A stretch of 64,000 nt of DNA from an uncultured Thermococci archaeon (GTDB taxonomy: Archaea; Methanobacteriota_B; Thermococci; Methanofastidiosales; Methanofastidiosaceae). The stretch is from NCBI GenBank assembly GCA_964521515.1, contig CAZFRW010000001.1:7639-71638 (forward strand), written 5' to 3'. Positions 58,816-64,000 of this stretch are shown in pieces. Both the position numbers and the translations under genes were made by a program. Under the pieces are notes generated by a model. The model did no database searches and was not told the DNA's origin. It saw only the letters and a program-made list of their open reading frames with translations. How positions within the stretch are numbered: the first letter of the stretch is position 1; the number at the start of each line of letters is the position of its first letter.

Positions 58816-59392
58816 ACTCTCTTAGATATGAAAGAGCATCATCATAGCTTATATTTAAAGATACCGTTTCTGTATCATTAAATATCTTTTCGTCTATCCC
58901 TACGCTCAAAAGCTCCGAGGATAAAACATCATGTTCAATTGCAACTCTTACAATGATTTCTGTCACCGGCTTCGATACACCTTCTAAGTCTCCCAATAGG
59001 TAAGATATCTCCCCTGCAACTTTGGCAGCAACTGAAACGTGTGCAGAAGAAACTACATTTTCTTTTTCGACTTCAAACGAGTAACCTTTGTCACTTAGAA
59101 CTGCCTTTAGAAGTTTTACAGGAACAGTTACGCCGGCAATTTTAGAGATGCTGTCAAGATTGTATGAGAATATCCCTTTTTCTTCCTTGATTTCCTTTTC
59201 TTTTACCTCTTCTAAGAAACTTTTAATTGAATAGACTAAATCCCCCATACTACCGGGATTAAAAACTTTGACCTTTAAGGTATCATCAGATACATTAAAA
59301 GATATATCTTCAAATTTAGAAAGAAAACGGGCAATTTCTACTTTTTGATTGCCCTTGATTTTAAAACTTAAAACTCTTGTTTTTCTCTTCAT
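58802..59392 (-). CDS. DUF2067-like hypothetical protein
   Basis: Mainly position between csl4 and rpoL, as in Thermococcales; weak sequence resemblance. Confidence 0.55.
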   Translation of the reverse strand: MKRKTRVLSFKIKGNQKVEIARFLSKFEDISFNVSDDTLKVKVFNPGSMGDLVYSIKSFLEEVKEKEIKEEKGIFSYNLDSISKIAGVTVPVKLLKAVLSDKGYSFEVEKENVVSSAHVSVAAKVAGEISYLLGDLEGVSKPVTEIIVRVAIEHDVLSSELLSVGIDEKIFNDTETVSLNISYDDALSYLREYAGG

Positions 59393-59396
59393 CTTA

Positions 59397-59993
59397 TCAT
59401 AATTTAGCTTTCAAATAATCGTTTGCTGTCTTTCTTGTTTCCTTTGAACCGCAGTAGTTGCATTCAAGATTTCCATCAAGATTTCCATCCTTATTTTCAA
59501 GAGTTTTCTTGCAAACGCCACAAATAGCTCTGATTACTCCAAGACCATCTTCCGCAGTTGAAAGTCTTATTGAATCGCCCTGTGTATCTACAACTCTAGC
59601 TCTAACAACATCTCCATTTCTAAATTCTGTAGAGATAGTTTTTACATACTTTTTGTCAGTCTGCGAAACATATATCCTAGCTTTTGTGTTGGCTGAAAGC
59701 TTTTTGTCTGCGTATCCCTCTAATGCCAGAAGATCCACATAAACCATCTGTGGCTTGACGGATACTATCTCTCCGTAGACAATATCCCCCTCTTTTAGCT
59801 GAGGTAAAACATTTGTTTTTGAAATAACGCTTGCACTTCTTCTTGACATGTCAAGGTCTAAATCTCCTACCAGGGTAGCATATATCTTCCCATTCTCTTC
59901 ATATGCCCCGTCTCCTGGCAAATATTCTTCAGCAACACCTATGTAGTCACCTGGTATAACAAACTCTCTTTTAGTCTCTCCATTTGCTTCCAT
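59397..59993 (-). CDS. csl4: Exosome RNA-binding subunit Csl4
   Basis: VIPGD.IG..EEYLPG, GDVVRARV, LGVI.A.C..C...C..CG.KETRK. Confidence 0.94.
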   Translation of the reverse strand: MEANGETKREFVIPGDYIGVAEEYLPGDGAYEENGKIYATLVGDLDLDMSRRSASVISKTNVLPQLKEGDIVYGEIVSVKPQMVYVDLLALEGYADKKLSANTKARIYVSQTDKKYVKTISTEFRNGDVVRARVVDTQGDSIRLSTAEDGLGVIRAICGVCKKTLENKDGNLDGNLECNYCGSKETRKTANDYLKAKL

Positions 59994-60633
59994 TATAACA
60001 CCTCATGAATCTATAAAGTTCAACTTCAATCAGTACTTTTCTTTTCTTATGTACTTGAAACATCGCTTTTATTGGAAAATTGAAACTCTCTTTTTCAACT
60101 AGTTCAAAACTCTTCTCCAAAGCAACATTTCTGATGAAATCATAGTTCCCTTTCTTATGCAAGGAATACACAACATTTCCTATTTCAAAAGCCTTTTTCA
60201 AAAAATTGGTGTCCATATTCCTCTTTTTTGTACCAAAAGGCGGATTTTGAATAATAGTGTCCCCTCGCAGGAGGACGTCTAAAACGTCACCATCCTTAAT
60301 CTCGTATTCTCCTAAGATTTGATTACTTTTTAAAGTTAATGTTTTTAAATTATCGTTTAAAATCTCTATAGCCCTTTTATCTTTCTCTACAAAGTATACT
60401 TTTTTAGCTCCTAGTAGGAGAGAAGCTATCCCAAGTCTTCCAGTACCGGCTCCAAGATCAATTATGGTCTTCCCTTCTACATCTCCTCGGTGGTATGCAA
60501 ATAATACTATTTCGGCAGCAATATCCCCTGGTGTAGTGTACTGTTCCTCAAACATTTTGGGGTCTTCCATCTCTTTTAGATTAGAAAGAAATATTTCAAG
60601 CTGTTTTTTTCTCACAAAAATTAAAAATATCAA
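59971..60633 (-). CDS. METTL5-family N6-adenine RNA methyltransferase
   Basis: EQYTTP, DLGAGTG, NPPFG, YSLH. Confidence 0.92.
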   Translation of the reverse strand: MIFLIFVRKKQLEIFLSNLKEMEDPKMFEEQYTTPGDIAAEIVLFAYHRGDVEGKTIIDLGAGTGRLGIASLLLGAKKVYFVEKDKRAIEILNDNLKTLTLKSNQILGEYEIKDGDVLDVLLRGDTIIQNPPFGTKKRNMDTNFLKKAFEIGNVVYSLHKKGNYDFIRNVALEKSFELVEKESFNFPIKAMFQVHKKRKVLIEVELYRFMRCYNGSKWRD

Positions 60634-61139
60634 AGGTATAAAAAGCCTACCTTTGATTGAAGAAATTGTTTTACTCCTTTATTTCTCATTATTATTTCCA
60701 TCAGTATGCCGAGTATAATAATTTCAGCAAACGCCTTCGCCAATATGGTGTATACAACAGGTAATGGAAGTCCGTATGGGATTTTTAATACTACAAGAGT
60801 TAGATATGTTAAAAAGGCTTCAGGCAGGTACCCAAAAAAGACCGCTATACCAGGTCTTGTCTTTTTGGACAGAATAGCAACAAAAATTCCTGTTAAGGCT
60901 TTAAATGGAGGAACGAAAAAATTCCCAAAAGTAACGCCCGGCCATATGCCGACTATAAATCCTGTAATACCTCCAAATATTGGGCCTAGTAATATAGCAG
61001 ATAAAACTGTACCTATGTGGGACAGATCAAGATAAACATTTGGCACCGGCGTTGGAATAAGTAGTATTGTTCCAAATAGAATCCCTATAGCTGCAAAAAT
61101 TGCTGTGAAGGCGATATTCTTTGAACTTTTTGCTTTCAG
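60630..61139 (-). CDS. ECF transporter S component
   Basis: Frame extends upstream of the track start (61046) through KNIAFTAIFAAIG (TM1); LDLS...AILLGP..G; CTG start inferred. Confidence 0.8.
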   Translation of the reverse strand: MKAKSSKNIAFTAIFAAIGILFGTILLIPTPVPNVYLDLSHIGTVLSAILLGPIFGGITGFIVGIWPGVTFGNFFVPPFKALTGIFVAILSKKTRPGIAVFFGYLPEAFLTYLTLVVLKIPYGLPLPVVYTILAKAFAEIIILGILMEIIMRNKGVKQFLQSKVGFLYL

Positions 61140-61205
61140 TGAATCACCAAAAAAAATTAATTAAGAGCATATATAAATATTTGGGTAGATACTTAAAAAT
61201 GGGTA

Positions 61206-62903
61206 TTACATCTCTTCCGGTGCTTTAATACCAAGAAGCCCCAAAGCATTATTCAGCACTGTCTTTGTAGCCTTAACAAGGGATGCCCTGAACTCTTTGT
61301 TTGTTTCAGCATTTAAGACATGGCATTCATGATAAAACTCGTTGAAGCATTTGGCAACATCATACACATAATTAGAGACAAAATCTGGTCTATACTCAAC
61401 TGATGCCCTCTGAACTACTTCTGGAAATTCTGAAAGCATAAACAATAACTTGTACTCCTTTTCGTTAAGGTCTTCTATTAAAAATTCAGGAGTTAAGTTT
61501 CCTATTTTATTTAGAATACTTGAGGCTCTAGCGTGTGCGTACTGTATATATGGGGCAGTGTCACCTTCAAAGTCCAAAGCTTTCTTCCAGTTGAAGATGA
61601 TCCTTTTGTTATTGTCCTTCATCATGCTGTATTTCAATGCACCCATAGTAACAATTTCAGATATACTTCCAGCATTTGATATATTTCTTTCTCTGACTTG
61701 ATTCAAGGCCTCTTTTTTCACAACATCCTTTAGTTCTGAATACAGGACAACATTTCCTTCCCTAGAGGACATCTTACCCTCTTCAAGCATGACAAGCTCA
61801 TATGAGAGATGATAACATTTTTTTGCCTGACTAAATCCCATAAGCTCTAATGTTTTGAAAAGTTGTTTGAAGTAGAATTTCTGCTCACTTCCAACAACAT
61901 ATAATGAAAGATCAATCTTAAAATCCTGAAATTTTCTCTCTGCAAGTGCAAGGTCTTTTGTTGAGTAAAGAGCTGTGCCATCGCTTCTTAAGATAACAAA
62001 TTCATCAAGTCCATAATCCTTAAGGTCAACTATAACAGCCCCTTCCTTAGTTTTTGCAATTCCTTTATCAAAAAGTTCACGTGCTATCTTGGTGCCTTCT
62101 TCCTTCACTTCACTCTCATATAAGAAAATATCAAAGTTAACTCCAAGTTCTTGGTAAATTCTATTAAACTCTTCAAGGCTCCACTCTCTTGTTGTCCTCC
62201 AGACTTCCATGGTCTTTTTGTCTCCTTCATAGAGATTCTTTAAGACGATCTTGTATTCTTCTTGATACTCTTCAGATTCTTTGAGTTTGTTGTCTGCTTC
62301 AGAGTAGATTTTCCCTAGAAAGTCTCCTTTATTTTGATCGGGGATAACGCCATCATAGAACTTCATATACCCCCATAAGCATTTAGCGACATGGGCTCCA
62401 ACATCGCCTATGTAATTGGCCCTTACAGTTTCATACCCGGAAAACTCCATTATATTGGCAAGAGCATCTCCAAGACAGACATTTCTAAGATGCCCTATAT
62501 GAAATGATTTGTGGGTGTTGGGTTGTGAATACTCAACCATTACCTTCTCTTTCTTTTTCTCACCTTTTCCGTATAAGCTATCTTCTCGGAGTATAATGCC
62601 CACAGTTTGTTTTGAGAAATATTTTCTATCGAAGAAGAAGTTTATATACCCTCCAGAAGTTTCTGCTCTTTCTACACCTTCTGGCAGGACAATATTTTCT
62701 GCAATATCCTTTGCAATCTGGATAGGATTTTTCTTTAGTTTTTTGGCAAGCTCAAAAGATAGAGGAGTTGCAATATCGCCTAGTTTAAAATCAGGCGGTC
62801 TTGAGAAAACTATCTCGACATCTAAAGTATTTTCTAAATTAATTGTTTTTCTTATTGAGTTTTCCAACTCATTCTTTAAATTTTTGAGCAATATTGTCCC
62901 CAC
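61206..62903 (-). CDS. argS: Arginine--tRNA ligase
   Basis: VEYSQPN..K.FHIGHLRN, KMSSREG, YIQYAHAR, APEEM. Confidence 0.97.
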   Translation of the reverse strand: MGTILLKNLKNELENSIRKTINLENTLDVEIVFSRPPDFKLGDIATPLSFELAKKLKKNPIQIAKDIAENIVLPEGVERAETSGGYINFFFDRKYFSKQTVGIILREDSLYGKGEKKKEKVMVEYSQPNTHKSFHIGHLRNVCLGDALANIMEFSGYETVRANYIGDVGAHVAKCLWGYMKFYDGVIPDQNKGDFLGKIYSEADNKLKESEEYQEEYKIVLKNLYEGDKKTMEVWRTTREWSLEEFNRIYQELGVNFDIFLYESEVKEEGTKIARELFDKGIAKTKEGAVIVDLKDYGLDEFVILRSDGTALYSTKDLALAERKFQDFKIDLSLYVVGSEQKFYFKQLFKTLELMGFSQAKKCYHLSYELVMLEEGKMSSREGNVVLYSELKDVVKKEALNQVRERNISNAGSISEIVTMGALKYSMMKDNNKRIIFNWKKALDFEGDTAPYIQYAHARASSILNKIGNLTPEFLIEDLNEKEYKLLFMLSEFPEVVQRASVEYRPDFVSNYVYDVAKCFNEFYHECHVLNAETNKEFRASLVKATKTVLNNALGLLGIKAPEEM

Positions 62904-62945
62904 AGCAAAACTAAGTAAAATCTTTTTATCGTTTTTGGTTAATAA

Positions 62946-63521
62946 TTAAAAATTTAAGAAGATCTTTGAGGTGGCTTCTTCGGCTCCTGTCTTAACGTTT
63001 AGGAATGGTATATTTCCGTCATTTAGAAAATAAAATATTACAATTGCGTTTATTATCAAAAGAGCCACAACGAGAAGAATGAAAAACAGTTTTTGCTTTG
63101 ACATCCCACTTCTTTTTGGCGTTTCTCTTCTCCTAAGCGTCTTACCCCTTTCAACCATTGGACTCATGGGTGGCATGTCTCTAAGTTGAGGGGAATCTTC
63201 TTGTAGGAACTCACCTTTCATCCTTTCCGGGATTTCTTCATCTGTTATCCCTTGTTTTTCAAAACTTTCTTCAACAGGGGACACTGTCTCACTCTTCTGC
63301 TCAATATCTACCTCTTCAATAAAGACATCCTTGTTTTCATCTTTTCTAAATATCTCAGCAGGCCTCCCAAGCCTTACATGTGCGATGTTTAGAACCTTGC
63401 CACAGTTTGGACATGGCTGTTCTTCAATACACGTGAAATGAAAGGTCATGTTACAGTAACTGCAGTAACACATCTCAAGATTATCCTTTATTCTTTTGCT
63501 GCAAATGCCACAAGTTTCCAT
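62946..63521 (-). CDS. RING/PHD-like zinc-finger protein with C-terminal TM anchor
   Basis: CGIC...CYCSYC...FH..C...CPNC; acidic linker; hydrophobic C-terminal helix. Confidence 0.65.
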   Translation of the reverse strand: METCGICSKRIKDNLEMCYCSYCNMTFHFTCIEEQPCPNCGKVLNIAHVRLGRPAEIFRKDENKDVFIEEVDIEQKSETVSPVEESFEKQGITDEEIPERMKGEFLQEDSPQLRDMPPMSPMVERGKTLRRRETPKRSGMSKQKLFFILLVVALLIINAIVIFYFLNDGNIPFLNVKTGAEEATSKIFLNF

Positions 63522-63632
63522 AATTATTATTTATTTTTTAAATATAAAAAGTTTAGCGTATACTTTTCATTATCTTTTGAAAATTAACCATAAATCATTT
63601 ATATCGAGAAAAATTAAATTATATCAGATAAG

Positions 63633-64000
63633 ATGAAAGCAAAAGAACCTTTAGATGATTTGACTGTTAATGATTTGAAAAAAAGAGCTAACAAAATTAG
63701 AAAACATATAATTGAAATGATTTATTCTGCCAAGTCTGGCCATCCTGGTGGCTCTCTTTCTTCGGCAGACATTGTAACATCACTATATTTCCATATAATG
63801 AATCATGATCCTAAAAATCCTTCATGGCTTGGGAGAGATAGATTCATTTTAAGTAAGGGACATGCATGCCCTTCCTTATATGCAGCTCTAGCCGAATCGG
63901 GTTATTTTGATGTAGGTGAGCTTAAAAATCTTAGAAAGCCTGAATGCTTGCTTCAGGGTCATCCCTGCACAAAGACTCCGGGGATAGAGATATCTACAGG
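63633..64000 (+). CDS. Transketolase N-terminal subunit, partial (runs off window end)
   Basis: Hand translation: SGHPGGSLSSADI...RDRFILSKGHACPSLYA...LQGHP. Confidence 0.92.
   Translation, partial: MKAKEPLDDLTVNDLKKRANKIRKHIIEMIYSAKSGHPGGSLSSADIVTSLYFHIMNHDPKNPSWLGRDRFILSKGHACPSLYAALAESGYFDVGELKNLRKPECLLQGHPCTKTPGIEIST

Noticed and set aside
1..64000. CRISPR arrays, tRNA/rRNA genes, transposases, integrases, Sec/Pyl readthrough
   Set aside because: By eye I found no regularly spaced repeats, cloverleafs, mobile-element ORFs or in-frame stops splitting a conserved domain; manual inspection could miss short C/D-box sRNAs

Overview
AT-rich archaeal chromosomal segment, almost entirely coding. 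It contains methanogenesis-marker genes (mmp6-5-15-17-7) and Thermococci-style gene content (three-gene RPA operon, DUF2666, csl4-DUF2067-rpoL). From this I infer a methanogen of the Ca. Methanofastidiosum/WSA2 type; this is inference, not a database result. Core archaeal clusters: rpl39e-rpl31e-aIF6-rpl18a-pfdA; rps19e-PDCD5; thyX-dCMP deaminase-kinase-rfcS-rfcL; the pop5-psmA-SBDS-rrp4-rrp41-rrp42-rpl37ae-rpoP-Brix-hjc superoperon; RPA1/3/2; csl4-rpoL; argS. A bacterial-like accessory block (about 9.9-23.7 kb) carries MscS, a flavoprotein disulfide reductase, an OpuC-type ABC transporter, and single-chain PFOR with a DHOD-like partner. Three small genes missing from the ORF track were found by hand: rpl39e, rpoP and a CxxC-x17-CxxC protein. 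I saw no tRNA, rRNA, CRISPR array, transposase or intein. Two observations stand out. (1) An unexplained ~215-nt, ~49% GC, stem-rich intergenic element at 9651-9866, with a TATA-like box on the minus strand, is a candidate novel structured ncRNA. (2) Five genes have their Shine-Dalgarno-positioned codon as ATT, CTG or TTA instead of ATG/GTG/TTG, suggesting relaxed start-codon selection.
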